64,000 nucleotides of DNA from Coleofasciculus sp. B1-GNL1-01 (GTDB taxonomy: Bacteria; Cyanobacteriota; Cyanobacteriia; Cyanobacteriales; Coleofasciculaceae), in NCBI GenBank assembly GCA_040220235.1, contig JAVJTO010000088.1; one strand, given 5' to 3'. How positions within the stretch are numbered: position 1 is the first letter of the stretch; every line of letters starts with the position of its first letter. Below the pieces are notes generated by a model. It saw nothing but the letters and a program-made list of their open reading frames with translations. It searched no databases and was not told where the DNA came from. The position numbers and the translations under genes were made by a program. Of the stretch, positions 20,766 to 32,293 are shown piece by piece.

Positions 20766-21395
20766 AACATAGGTATGATTGAGGATTTTTCCTATTCCCC
20801 TATCAAATTACGACTTGTCTTCCTCTTGAATTAACTTTTAATAAAGAATAAATTATTAGTTAACGGTTGAGATGAGAGAACCGGAAATCGGGAACCGGAA
20901 AGAGTAATAAATTGACTTTCGTTAACATTTATTTATACAACAGACATAATTTATGTCCGGGTACTTAAAGTTACCATAAACTTGTAGGCAATCGCCATTG
21001 TGGTTGTTTAGAATATCGGTTGACTAGATTATCGGCGAGTAGAGAATTCTCCGCTCTACTAGCATGATCACTAGATCCGGATTCTAGCGAAGAAAGACGT
21101 TGCCGTGTCTTGATTCCAGGCTGGCTGATTGAGTTACGGTGAAATGATTTATTCTTTTAGCCAAGAAATAAGACGGCAAAGGGAACCGCATCTTCTCAAC
21201 AGGTGTAAGACAGATCTACCTCAAAAATCCGGACAGGTATAACAGGTTTGGGTAAGTAATAGCGTATCACTGTCAATGGCACGATAGGTCTATTCCTGTT
21301 TTCTGACTTTAGCTTAACCCTCAAAAAACCTGTCAAAAAAGAATTATTAACTTAGGGAAATCTACAACGGTGATCACAGCTTACCGTTCAATTTA

Positions 21396-21525
21396 TAAGT
21401 AGTCAGATAAAAGAAAACGGCACGGTATTAAGTTTTGCAAATAAGCCTCAAACCCTTACATAAACGAATGACGAAGGACAAAGGACGGTCCCCACCGCCA
21501 GACTGTAATTGTGTCCACCTACTTA
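21396..21525. mobile_element. TA-flanked MITE
   Basis: TAAGTAGTCAGA...TGTCCACCTACTTA; inverted homolog of 11719-11882. Confidence 0.7.
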
Positions 21526-21619
21526 GCGCTAAAACCCAAGCCTAGTGGTTAATCGCAAGCCGCAACTGGAATATCCTCTACTTGTTCAGGACGTCGCTCA
21601 CCCCCCTATAGAGAAACCT

Positions 21620-24600
21620 ATGACACAAAAATCATTGCTAGAAATCTTTGAATATATTTCCTTGGCTGGCTCTGCTGTCGGAACTGTCGTAGCGGCGACA
21701 TCTCAGCAGGTGGCTTACGCCGCAACGCCGTTAACGGTGGCGCTGGCGCTGAATCTGTTGAACCGACGTAACATAATACAGCAGACACAGGATAGCACCA
21801 GAAGTGCGATCGGGGAAACCTATCAACTGATTCAATCCCTACATCAACAAGTCCAAGCTATCCCCACGCTGAATAATCAACTCAATAGCTTAGACCAACA
21901 ATTTAATGCTCGACCCGAAAAAACGGCAATTGAGGACTTAAAAGCCTCCCTAAGTGAATTAACAGAACAATTCACCCAACTGAGTCAAACCTTTAATACT
22001 CGCCCGGAACTACAAACCATTGAACAGTTGCAAACCACTGTTGCACAATTGACCGAACAGTTTAATAGCCTTAGCACTCAGTTCGAGCAGCTACCGACTG
22101 AGCCAGAGGTAGACTTAAGTAGCATTGAACAAGCCGTTTTTGAACTAACGGAGCAATTTAGCCAACTCTATCAACAATTCCATAGTCGTCCCGAACTTGA
22201 GGATATTGAGCAAACTCAGGCGGCGATCGCCCAACTCCATGAACAACTCGGTACTATTACGGTTCGCCTGGATCACTTACCTGCATCATCCGAGGTAGAC
22301 TTAAGTATGCTCGAAGGCGCGATCGCCGAAATTACTAGCCAAGTTGACACCTTAACCACGCAAGTTAACACCCTACCCAGCACCAGCGACACTGATCTCA
22401 CCGGAGTAGACGCCGCACTTTCAGAACTCACCGAGGAATTTAGCCAACTCCAAGAACAGTTCCAGACTCGTCCAGAACTGCAAACCATCGCCCAACTTAG
22501 AGATCACCTTGCAACCTTGACTCATCGCTTAGATGAGTTACCCACCGCACCCCTAACCGACTTAATTAGCGTCGAAAGTGCGATCGCCGAAATTACCAGT
22601 CAAGTTGACACCTTAACCACTCAGGTTAACACCCTACCCAGCGCCAGCGACACTGATCTCACCGGAGTAGACGCCGCACTCTCAGAACTTACCGAGGAAT
22701 TTAGCCAACTCCAAGAACAGTTCCAGACTCGCCCAGAATTACAAATCATTACTGATCTGAGTGAACAACTCGAAACCCTCAGCACTCGCCTGGATCAACT
22801 TCCCACCGCACCAGCGGCTAACTTAAACGGTTTAGAACCCGTTATTGCTCAGATTACCAGTCAAATCGAAACCTTAACCGCACGAGTCAATACCCTTCCC
22901 CTCTCCGGCGAAACCGATTTCACCGAAATTGAAGAAGCGATCGTCCAAATCCATGGTCAAATTAACACGATTCAGCAGCAATTCCAGAATCGCCCTGAAC
23001 TGCAAATTATTGAGCAATCCCAACGTGCGATCGCAGACCTAAGCGAACAACTCGAAACCCTTAGCCAGCGCCTGGATCAGCTTCCCACCGTACCCGGCGA
23101 AGAGTCAACCGCGATCGCCGAAATTACCCATCAACTAGACAGCTTAACCACTCAGGTAAACACCCTCTCCCCCGTTTCTGACACCGATTTGCGCGGGATA
23201 GAAGGTGCGATCGCGGATATCAGCGAACAACTGGAGACATTAAGCGCACGAGTTGATCATCTCCCCTTAACCGCCACCCCCGAAGCCACCGACTTCAGTG
23301 AAATCGAAGCCGCGATCATTGATTTTAATCAACAACTGGGTCAACTCCATCAACAATTTACCACCAGACCCGAACTAGAAACCATTGAGCGATCGCAAAC
23401 CGAAATTAGCCAGCTTACGGAACAATTTGCCATCCTCAATAGCCGCCTTGACCAACTCCCAACGACATCAGAGGAAGGCGTGGAACAGGTGATTGGCGAG
23501 ATTCGGGGTCAAATTGAAACCCTCAGCCAACGAGTTGACCAGCTTTCCCCAGTTTCCCCAACCGATGTCAGTCAGTTAGAACAAGCCATTACTGACATTA
23601 CCGCACAAATCGACAACTTAACCCAGCAAGTCAACACCCTCTCTACTCCTTCAGACACCGATCTATTTGACGCAGAAGACACCCTGGCTCAAATTCAAAG
23701 TCAGATTAACACCCTGAATCGACAGTTCCAGACTCGACCAGAACTTCCAGAACTTGAGCAAACACAAACCGCGATCGCCCAACTGACGGAGGAACTGGAA
23801 ACTCTTAGCAACCGCCTGGATCAGTTATCCACAGCACCAGAGGGTGATGGTAATGTCACCGAACAAACCATTACTGAGATCACCGATCAGATTGAAACCT
23901 TAACCGAACGGGTAAATACCCTATCCACTCCCCCAGACACCGATGTGAGTGGAATCGAAACCGCACTGTCAGAACTCACTGACCAATTTAGCCAATTCCA
24001 GCAACAATTCCAGACTCGTCCAGAACTAGAGGAAATCCAGCAATCTCAAACCGCGATCGCCCAACTGAGTCAGCAACTGGAAACCCTTACCACGCGCCTG
24101 GATCAGTTGTCAACCACACCAGAGGGTGAGGATAGTCTCACTGAACAAACCCTGGTTGAGATTACCCGTCAAATTGACAGCCTAACCACACAGGTAAATA
24201 CCCTATCCACCCCTACCGAAACCGATGTCAGTGGCGTTGAAACCGCGCTGTCAGAACTCACTGACCAATTTAGCCAATTCCAACAACAGTTCCAGACTCG
24301 TCCAGAACTAGAGGAAATCCAGCAATCTCAGAATGCGATCGCGGATCTAACTGAACAACTGGACACCCTGAGTACCCGCCTAACTCAGGTATCGACGACA
24401 CCAGAGGTAGATCTGAGTGGGATTGAACAAACCATTGCCGAAATTGCGGGTCAAATTGACACCCTAACTCAACGAGTGAATACCCTCTCCACTCCCACCG
24501 AAACCGATTTGAGTGGGGTAGAAGACTCCCTATCTCAACTAGCGGAACAATTTAGCCAACTCCAGCACCAGTTCCAGGAACGTCCAGAACTAGAGGAAAT

Positions 24601-26245
24601 CCAGCAATCCCAAACCGCGATCGCGGATCTAACGCAGCGACTGGAAACCCTGAATATTCGCCTGAATCAGTTACCTATTGTTCCCGAAGTCGATCTGAGT
24701 GGGATTGAACAAACCATTGGCGAAATTACGGGTCAAGTTGAAACCTTAACCGAACGGGTGAATACCCTCTCCACTCCCACCGAAACCGATTTGAGTAGCG
24801 TCGAAGCGGCGCTGTTTGATTTAACTGAACAAGTCAGTCAACTTCAGCAACAATTCCAGGAACGTCCAGAACTAGAGGAAATCCAGCAATCCCAACGTGC
24901 GATCGCGGATCTGACTCAACAACTGGACACCCTGAGTACCCGCCTAACTCAGTTACCGACAACGCCAGACGTCGATCGGAGTGCGACGGAACAAACCATT
25001 GCCGAGATTACCGATCAGATTGAAACCTTAACCGAACGGGTAAATACATTATCCACTCCCACAGCACCCGATCAAAGCGGAATCGAAGCTGCACTTTCGG
25101 AACTCGCGGAACAATTAAGCCAACTCCAGCAACAGTTCCAGAATCGTCCGGAACTCCAGGAGATGGAACAGTCGCAAATCATGATTAGTCAACTGGCTGA
25201 ACAACTGGAGATACTGACGAATCAGCTTGATCAAACCTCAGCGACGCCGGGAGTCGATTTGATGGAAATCGGATCAGCGATCGTTGATGTTCATGATCGC
25301 CTGGATCAACTAACGGCGCGTTTCGAGCAATTTCCGGGGACACCCGACACCGAACCCGCACCGATTCAACCCACCCTTACCGATTTAGTCGAAGAGGAGG
25401 TTGTTGCACCTCCGCCTCCCATCCCCACAATCCCCGCACTGGAACAAATTCAGCAACTTCCCGAAAATGAGGCGATCGCACCGCTTACGGATAAGCTAAA
25501 ATCCCTGAACGAACAGTTTCACAATCAGCCTGCGACTCAAGCGGTTGAGGGATTAAAAATGACGCTGATTCAGTTAACGGATCACGTCAACATAATCACA
25601 TCTCGTTTGGGAGGTTTACCGACAACGCCAGACCTAGATCTGAGTGGGTTAGAACAAGCGATTACCGAGGTTCACACCCAACTCGACGCCTTCAATCAAC
25701 AGTTTAATGCACGACCGGAAGTTCAAGCCATTGAGCAATTGCAAGAGGCGATCAATCAGCTAGGTGAGCAGATTTATACCACCCTGGTGCAATTTACTGA
25801 AGACTCGGAATCAATGTCCAAGAAGGAAAAAGATGACGCCCTCAAGGATATCGATTTCCAGTTAGATGCGATGGAGTTGTGTCTAGAGAACCTACCCATG
25901 CTGGCTGACTTAGACTTCAGTGGGGTGGAAGGAGCGATCGCCGCGATCGACGAACAGCTTGACAATCTAACTCAAACCATCGCCGAGAATCAAGCTGCAC
26001 TCTTTGAAGTGGATCTCAGCGGTGGAGAGGAGGCGATCGAAGACATTAATCGTCAGATTGAGGCGCTCAATCAAAAAATCAGTTCCCAATTAGATAAAGC
26101 GACGATAAAACAATTGGAAGACGCGATCGTTCATCTGAAAAAACAGCTTAATGCGGTTACGTTTACTTTAGAAACACTACCCGTGGCGTCCGATGATATG
26201 GACTTCGGTGGAGAAGAACCAGACATCGCTGATTTACAGTGGTGA
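21620..26245 (+). CDS. Very large acidic coiled-coil repeat protein with N-terminal hydrophobic hairpin
   Basis: Repeats such as FQTRPELEEIQQSQ with 282-bp (94-aa) period at 24017/24299/24581/24863; likely ATG at 21620. Confidence 0.85.
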   Translation: MTQKSLLEIFEYISLAGSAVGTVVAATSQQVAYAATPLTVALALNLLNRRNIIQQTQDSTRSAIGETYQLIQSLHQQVQAIPTLNNQLNSLDQQFNARPEKTAIEDLKASLSELTEQFTQLSQTFNTRPELQTIEQLQTTVAQLTEQFNSLSTQFEQLPTEPEVDLSSIEQAVFELTEQFSQLYQQFHSRPELEDIEQTQAAIAQLHEQLGTITVRLDHLPASSEVDLSMLEGAIAEITSQVDTLTTQVNTLPSTSDTDLTGVDAALSELTEEFSQLQEQFQTRPELQTIAQLRDHLATLTHRLDELPTAPLTDLISVESAIAEITSQVDTLTTQVNTLPSASDTDLTGVDAALSELTEEFSQLQEQFQTRPELQIITDLSEQLETLSTRLDQLPTAPAANLNGLEPVIAQITSQIETLTARVNTLPLSGETDFTEIEEAIVQIHGQINTIQQQFQNRPELQIIEQSQRAIADLSEQLETLSQRLDQLPTVPGEESTAIAEITHQLDSLTTQVNTLSPVSDTDLRGIEGAIADISEQLETLSARVDHLPLTATPEATDFSEIEAAIIDFNQQLGQLHQQFTTRPELETIERSQTEISQLTEQFAILNSRLDQLPTTSEEGVEQVIGEIRGQIETLSQRVDQLSPVSPTDVSQLEQAITDITAQIDNLTQQVNTLSTPSDTDLFDAEDTLAQIQSQINTLNRQFQTRPELPELEQTQTAIAQLTEELETLSNRLDQLSTAPEGDGNVTEQTITEITDQIETLTERVNTLSTPPDTDVSGIETALSELTDQFSQFQQQFQTRPELEEIQQSQTAIAQLSQQLETLTTRLDQLSTTPEGEDSLTEQTLVEITRQIDSLTTQVNTLSTPTETDVSGVETALSELTDQFSQFQQQFQTRPELEEIQQSQNAIADLTEQLDTLSTRLTQVSTTPEVDLSGIEQTIAEIAGQIDTLTQRVNTLSTPTETDLSGVEDSLSQLAEQFSQLQHQFQERPELEEIQQSQTAIADLTQRLETLNIRLNQLPIVPEVDLSGIEQTIGEITGQVETLTERVNTLSTPTETDLSSVEAALFDLTEQVSQLQQQFQERPELEEIQQSQRAIADLTQQLDTLSTRLTQLPTTPDVDRSATEQTIAEITDQIETLTERVNTLSTPTAPDQSGIEAALSELAEQLSQLQQQFQNRPELQEMEQSQIMISQLAEQLEILTNQLDQTSATPGVDLMEIGSAIVDVHDRLDQLTARFEQFPGTPDTEPAPIQPTLTDLVEEEVVAPPPPIPTIPALEQIQQLPENEAIAPLTDKLKSLNEQFHNQPATQAVEGLKMTLIQLTDHVNIITSRLGGLPTTPDLDLSGLEQAITEVHTQLDAFNQQFNARPEVQAIEQLQEAINQLGEQIYTTLVQFTEDSESMSKKEKDDALKDIDFQLDAMELCLENLPMLADLDFSGVEGAIAAIDEQLDNLTQTIAENQAALFEVDLSGGEEAIEDINRQIEALNQKISSQLDKATIKQLEDAIVHLKKQLNAVTFTLETLPVASDDMDFGGEEPDIADLQW

Positions 26246-26787
26246 TTGGTCATTGGTCATTGGTCTTATGTCCTTTGTAAGAACCGTATAATCGTAGGGT
26301 GCGTTAGGCGGAACAACTCATATTTATGATCCTGTTAATAGGAATGTCGCCGTAACGCACCATGATTTGCAATGTTAATCAACAACTGATTACCGAAGAT
26401 ATTACGCTCTATTTAATTCCTATTTTCTGATTCACTCTTGCATTTTTCCACAATCATGAGATTCTACGTCCAACCAATTTCTCGCACCAATGGTGCGAGT
26501 TTTTCAAATAGCTTCAGGCGTATGTTAATCGGGGCGGGTTTAATTACTTATAAGTGCAACCGAAAAGATAGTAGTGAAACCCGCCCCTACACAGTTTGTC
26601 GGTTGGGTTGAGTGAAGTCGAGGTAAGCCCTCACCGTCGAAGCCTCACGCGGCTCGACTGAGCTTCGCCGAACGTCCGAAGTCCGAGGTGTTGCCTATTG
26701 CCTATTGCCACTATCGTGAGTTTCACATCTCAAAGGTAAACACTATTATAGTGAGGAAAGGAAACGCTGCGATCGCTTAACTCCTAT

Positions 26788-28035
26788 TCAAAAAAATTCA
26801 GTTAGCCATGCATGAATGAGAATATTCAAGATGAACTCAAGTAGTCGCAGAGAAATATTAACAATTGGTATGGACATGAGAGCAAAGGCAGGAGCTACAA
26901 CGGGAATCCATCCGTATTGAGTAAAGATGAAAAAGCCAATGCCAAACACTACAATTAGCGCACCGATTGTACTCAAACCCAAAACCAGGGGATGACGTAT
27001 TTTCCAGGTCAAACTCCCCCCAACTAGCGCCCATCCTAAAATCCATAAAATCTCCTCCCATTCTGACCAAAACCCAAGCAGGGGTCGCCCATCTAGTACC
27101 GTACTCAACAGTTGACTGACGATATGCCCATGGACAACTACTCCTGGCATTTTTTGAAGAACTTCCCCTTGGGAACTGTAGGGCGTGGAGAACAGATCAT
27201 TTGCTGCCGGAGCAGAAATCCCAATCAGGACAATGCGGTCTTTAACTAAGCTCGGATCAACACGATCTTCGAGAACGTCTGTCAGGGTCACACTATCGGC
27301 TAACTTTTGGCCAGTGCGGTAATTCAACAAAATTTGATAGCCACCAGTATCCGCTTGTTGGTAACCCCCCGATGTGGGAGATAGGGGTTTAAAGACGATA
27401 TCACCCCATTTTAGATACTCCTTTCCGTTTTGCTGAATAGTTTGTGGCTCAATTCCTTTTTGTTCGAGGTAGTACCGGGCAAGTTGAAAGTTAAAAGAAA
27501 AACGGGTGGTACAACCTTCAGGAATGTCGGAATTGTGAAACAATAACGCCCGACGCACGACACCCTCTTCATCGATTGGTAAATCCGAAAAGCCAACTTG
27601 ATCCTGAGACACCCCTTCGGGTGGGGGAGTCCCTCGCCTGGTTTCGTTACCTAACCTACAAATGGGAATAATATTATCGCTGTTTTTAAATAGTTGGGTT
27701 AATTGGGAGTTACCCGGAGGGATGGGAATATCTCGATACATATCCAAACCAACCACCGTGGGTTGATGCTGCTTTAGCTGAGAGAGGAGTTGATGCATCA
27801 GAGCATCGGTCATGGGCCACTGCTCTAGTGATTGAATATCATTCTCAGTCACTTCGACTACCAACAAACGGGGGTCTGGTGGTAAACTCGGTCGCAACTG
27901 CATCATTATATCAAAAACATTTAGTTCCCAAGGTTCTAGTCTTTCAAACTGCCGTGTTCCAAACAGTAAAACTATCAGCGCTATGCCAGTCAATATAGTT
28001 CCTTTAAGATCTGAAATAGTTAAGTATAAGCGCAT
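26788..28035 (-). CDS. CHASE2 domain protein without output domain
   Basis: PDPRLLVV, GLDMYRD, GFSD, PGVVVH followed by 3 TM helices and stop. Confidence 0.8.
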   Translation of the reverse strand: MRLYLTISDLKGTILTGIALIVLLFGTRQFERLEPWELNVFDIMMQLRPSLPPDPRLLVVEVTENDIQSLEQWPMTDALMHQLLSQLKQHQPTVVGLDMYRDIPIPPGNSQLTQLFKNSDNIIPICRLGNETRRGTPPPEGVSQDQVGFSDLPIDEEGVVRRALLFHNSDIPEGCTTRFSFNFQLARYYLEQKGIEPQTIQQNGKEYLKWGDIVFKPLSPTSGGYQQADTGGYQILLNYRTGQKLADSVTLTDVLEDRVDPSLVKDRIVLIGISAPAANDLFSTPYSSQGEVLQKMPGVVVHGHIVSQLLSTVLDGRPLLGFWSEWEEILWILGWALVGGSLTWKIRHPLVLGLSTIGALIVVFGIGFFIFTQYGWIPVVAPAFALMSIPIVNISLRLLEFILNILIHAWLTEFF

Positions 28036-28319
28036 AAGGGAAGCCTGAAAATATACAATAAACTTTACAGTGACTCAGATAGCAAAACCTGTGAGAAATG
28101 CGGCTCCAGCCCTGACAGGTTTAGTTTTTTTATTTTAGGGGGGACTAGACAAGGAGGACAAGGAAGGAAAGAAGACAAGGGGAAATTGTGAGTCCCTACA
28201 AAAGGGTTGGTTTAGCGACATTAATTTGACAAAATATATTATACCAAATCAGAGTTAGCAACCTCTGTGATAACCCAGTCCGCGTAGGCGGACTACCCTT
28301 CGGGAAGGCTTCGCATACA

Positions 28320-28664
28320 TCTGATGAACTCAATGTCTCCACATCAATCCACGGCGTCACCCCCCGCCGAAACCAACCCATTACCGTCACCGATTCACCC
28401 ACTAAATCACTGGGGCAAGTTCCCAGAGGGAGTAAGTTACCCAGAGAACCTAAAATTGAAAAGTAATGCAATTTAACTAAACCACTATCGGTTTCAATAA
28501 TTAAATCCACGCCTAACCAATTCTGCAATCCTCGCCGCCCTAAAAGTTTACCTGTAAATTCCACAAGTTGATGGGTAGAGGGTAACGCATTCGGATCAGC
28601 TAGCATTTGTTCTAAGCTGGGTTGGTGACGAATCGCCGCAGGTTTGATATCGGGAAAGTTACCG
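28320..28664 (-). pseudogene. Probable C-terminal fragment of a cyanobacterial M48/HtpX-like protease
   Basis: FPDIKP...GKLLGRRGLQNWLG.DL...GLVKLH...GWFRRGVTPWIDVETL; both ends replaced by repeat-derived sequence. Confidence 0.55.
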
Positions 28665-28723
28665 TAGGGTGGGCAAGGGTTATAAACCTTCAAATGCTTA
28701 TTGGTGGGTTACTCTTGCCCACC

Positions 28724-29413
28724 CTACATAAAATCAGAGGAGAATTGTTCAATTATTTGCTGTATATATTCATAACCCTCTGTGTCACCTTGTTGCTGAA
28801 CAAGAGTGGCAGCTTGGCGAAAATCCTCAAGGGCTTTTGGTTTATCTCCTAAGTTACGGTAGGCAAAACCCCGGTTGTAGTATGCCAAAGCATCGTCAGG
28901 ATTAAGTTGAATGGCTTGAGTGAAATCCGCGATCGCTCCTTGATAGTCTTCTAGCTTAAAGCGGGCAAGACCCCGGTTGTAGTATGCCAAATCATCGTTA
29001 GGATTAAGTTGAAGCACTTGATTGTAATCCTCTATCGCCCCTTGGTAGTCTTCTAGCTTAAAGCGGGCATTACCCCGGTTTCCGTAAGCAAAAGCATCTT
29101 CAGGATTAATTTGAATGGCTTGAGTGAAATCCGCGATCGCCCCTTGGTAATTTTCTAGCTGATAGTAAGCATTCGCCCGTCGATGGTAAGACTCTGCATT
29201 GTTGGGACTTAGTTGTAGTGCTTGAGTTAAATCAGCAATAGCCCCCTGATAATCTCCTTTCTCTGCTTTGATTCTTGCCGAGTTAATCAGGTTTTGAACT
29301 GTCGGTTGTTGGGCGACAACAAGATTCGTCAAAGCGACGGCAAACTGAGGCTGTACCCACACAATCGCTGTACCGATGAGGGCGGCTGGTATGTGATTGG
29401 GAAACTTGATCAT
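28724..29413 (-). CDS. TPR protein with signal-like N-terminus
   Basis: 34-aa AYxNRG...DYQGAIADF TPR repeats. Confidence 0.9.
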   Translation of the reverse strand: MIKFPNHIPAALIGTAIVWVQPQFAVALTNLVVAQQPTVQNLINSARIKAEKGDYQGAIADLTQALQLSPNNAESYHRRANAYYQLENYQGAIADFTQAIQINPEDAFAYGNRGNARFKLEDYQGAIEDYNQVLQLNPNDDLAYYNRGLARFKLEDYQGAIADFTQAIQLNPDDALAYYNRGFAYRNLGDKPKALEDFRQAATLVQQQGDTEGYEYIQQIIEQFSSDFM

Positions 29414-29639
29414 TGTCTCGACTACTCCGCAGATTAAACGAATAATGTATTCTCCCGTTAATATTGGTGGGTTACGGCGGATACTTCATTAAATGGTTAT
29501 CACTTCGATTTAGATACCGCCTAACCCACCCTACGTTACTATTTGGTATTTCCAGTTTAAGGGAGCAACAATGTTGGCTGAGGATAAGACAGATCGGGGT
29601 ATTTATACCGGAAAGGAGCCGGAAAATAATTTAAGGTCA

Positions 29640-30524
29640 TTACTGCTCAAGCCGTCTAATTATTTGCTGTGTATATTGATATTTCTCTGTGTCACCTTGT
29701 TGCTGAAAAAGAGTGGCAGCTTGGCGAAAATCTTCAAGGGCTTTTGGTTTATCTCCTAAGTTAAGATAGGCAATACCCCGACCGGTGTAGGCACCAACAT
29801 AATCAGGATTAAGTTGAATCGCTTGATTGTAATCCTCTATCGCTCCTTGGTAGTCTCCTAAGTCAGAGCGGGCAAAACCTCGGTTGTAGTATGCCAAAGC
29901 ATCGTTAGGATTAAGTTGAAGCACTTGATTGTAATCCTCTATCGCCCCTTGGTAGTCTCCTAGGTTAGAGCGGGCATTACCCCGGTTGCCGTAGGCACCA
30001 GCATAGTCAGGATTAAGTTTAATCGCTTGAGTGTAATCGGCGATCGCTCCTTGGTAGTCTTCTAGGTTAGAGCGAGCAATACCCCGGTTGCCGTAGGCAA
30101 TAGCATCCTCAGGATTAAGTTTAATCGCTTGAGTGTAATCGGCGATCGCTCCTTGGTAGTCTCCTAAGTCAGAGCGGGCATTACCTCGACCGATGTAGGC
30201 GTAGGCAAAGTCAGGATTAAGTTGAAGCACTTGAGTGAAATCCGCGATCGCCCCTTGGTAATTTTCTAGCTGATAGTAAGCATTTGCCCGCAGATAGTAA
30301 GCCTCTAAATTGTTGGGATTCAGTTGTAGTGCTTGAGTTAAATCAGCAATAGCCCCCTGATAGTCTCCTTTCTCTGCTTTGATTCTTGCCGAGTTAATCA
30401 GGTTTTGAACTGTCGGCTGTTGGGCGACAACAAGATTCGTCAAAGCGACGGCAAACTGAGGCTGTACCAACACAATCGCCGTACCGATGAGGGCAGCTGG
30501 TATGTGATCGGAAAACTTGATCAT
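29640..30524 (-). CDS. TPR protein, paralog with two additional repeats
   Basis: Near-identical N-terminus to 28724-29413; more TPR units. Confidence 0.9.
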   Translation of the reverse strand: MIKFSDHIPAALIGTAIVLVQPQFAVALTNLVVAQQPTVQNLINSARIKAEKGDYQGAIADLTQALQLNPNNLEAYYLRANAYYQLENYQGAIADFTQVLQLNPDFAYAYIGRGNARSDLGDYQGAIADYTQAIKLNPEDAIAYGNRGIARSNLEDYQGAIADYTQAIKLNPDYAGAYGNRGNARSNLGDYQGAIEDYNQVLQLNPNDALAYYNRGFARSDLGDYQGAIEDYNQAIQLNPDYVGAYTGRGIAYLNLGDKPKALEDFRQAATLFQQQGDTEKYQYTQQIIRRLEQ

Positions 30525-30562
30525 CGTCTCGACTACTCCGCAGATTAATTTGGCTGATTCAA

Positions 30563-30690
30563 TAAACTGTTCGGCATTTAAACCTTAATATCAATAACGG
30601 CGAAAGCCTTGTAGTGCGTTTAGCGAAGCCATGCCGAAGGCTTTGCATCTTGCTCGCTACTAATACCCAATTTAAATGCATGACAGCTTA
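30563..30690. mobile_element. TA-flanked MITE (TIR TAAGCTGT...GCATTTAAA)
   Basis: Homolog at 37021-37123 with the same TIRs. Confidence 0.75.
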
Positions 30691-31272
30691 CGACAGAGAA
30701 CAGAAGGTTGTCAGGTTTTTTGTATTTACTTTATCACGAGAGCTGGACAACCTCTCTCCAAACGAAGAATGGCGTGAGTTTGACGCCTGTTGTATCAAAC
30801 AAATGGTAGGGGCGCACTGACGTGCGCCCGATTTAACCCTTCGACCCTTCGGCACACTCAGGGCATCGCTTCGCGGCAATTGAGCGTTCGACTGAGCGCT
30901 CACGCGGCTCGACTGAGCATCGCCGAACGTCCGAAGTCCTGTCGAAATTCAGGGTTAACCGTGTAATCTATTGCTTAATTTTAGGAGTTGTCGGTTGGGT
31001 TGACGCAGGAAACCCAACCAAGTTTAGGATTATTGTCTGAAATATTGATTGAATAATATTTTCTCCCGTTAATATCGGTGGGTTACGGCGGATACTTCAT
31101 TAAATGGTTATCACTTCGATTTAGATACCGCCTAACCCACCCTACGTTTTTTGATTCAAGTATTTTTCCCCTGGCTCTTTTTTTGAGAGAAAGGGGTTTT
31201 AATTTTGCTTATTATGTTATAACATTATTACAAGTAAACAGTACACTAATATAACACAAGGAAAAGAAGCTC

Positions 31273-32208
31273 ATGAAACCTTTACCGCCTCACTTCGACA
31301 CCAGCCATACCGCTGAAACCTCTGCCCAGCAAGCGTTAACAGAATTTGGGATTACCCAACTCCTGTCTCTACTCAAGCACTACCGCGATATTGATTTTGA
31401 TGCGTCGCAAATGCACCTCACGGATACTGAAGTCCATGCGATCGCCCAGCTATTTATCCAGCAGTTGACCGAAAGCCTCAACGGTAAACTGATTGCTGGC
31501 GCGTTAAATACCCTGCGTCATAGTGAGGAGATAGAGAAACAGGGGAAGCCAAGGAAGCAAGGGGAGAATTTTTACAATCGCCCTCTCTCCACGCCTACCC
31601 CTCGCTATACAGAAGGCGATCGCGTTCAGTGGAAAACGAATCAGACAGACTGGGGTGTGATTGTAGGGCGCTTCTATGAATACCATCACCATCAATGGAT
31701 GGTTTATTACATCATCCAACTCGCTTCTGATTCTCCTAGTGCAGCTTGGGTAACGACAGATACGGCGGCTGAAGCGGATGTGGAAAAAATACCTGATACG
31801 GTTGAATTGAATGAAGAGAATGGCAATTCTTATCGTTATCCCACCCATTCTCGCCGTGGGATACCGCCCCTATCTCTGCATTGCCCGACGGGACGTTATA
31901 ATCCTCGACGACGCCACAATCTGCGCCCGATTACTCAGCGTGAACAATACATTATTGACCTTTATTGTTATTGTGAATTAGGGATGACGCCAAAGCAGTT
32001 TTATGCTAAATGGGATGTCACATACGAACAACTTTCTCATATCTGTTCCCGTTCCCTGGGGACAGTGCAGAATTGGTTCAACCGAGGTCAAGGATATTAT
32101 CCGCCTAAACCTAGGGATTTGCGCCATCTAGCAATTATGGATTTTTTGTTAGAACATTTTGAAGAGATACCCCAATCCCTGATGGATCTGCTGTGTTCGT
32201 CTCGATAG
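31273..32208 (+). CDS. Multi-domain protein with C-terminal helix-turn-helix
   Basis: MTPKQFYAKWDVTYEQLSHICSRSLGTVQNWF HTH-like segment; central beta-rich domain. Confidence 0.7.
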   Translation: MKPLPPHFDTSHTAETSAQQALTEFGITQLLSLLKHYRDIDFDASQMHLTDTEVHAIAQLFIQQLTESLNGKLIAGALNTLRHSEEIEKQGKPRKQGENFYNRPLSTPTPRYTEGDRVQWKTNQTDWGVIVGRFYEYHHHQWMVYYIIQLASDSPSAAWVTTDTAAEADVEKIPDTVELNEENGNSYRYPTHSRRGIPPLSLHCPTGRYNPRRRHNLRPITQREQYIIDLYCYCELGMTPKQFYAKWDVTYEQLSHICSRSLGTVQNWFNRGQGYYPPKPRDLRHLAIMDFLLEHFEEIPQSLMDLLCSSR

Positions 32209-32265
32209 GTGGATGTTAGGGCGTTTGCTATAGCAACCGCTATAGCGGTTAGGACAGATTATTTG

Positions 32266-32293
32266 GTAGAGACGCGCCATGGCGCGTCTCTAC
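32266..32293. repeat. REP-like palindrome GTAGAGACG.GCCATGGC.CGTCTCTAC
   Basis: Copies at 46484-46511, 47183-47210 and 37995-38018; variant at ~2844-2871. Confidence 0.85.
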
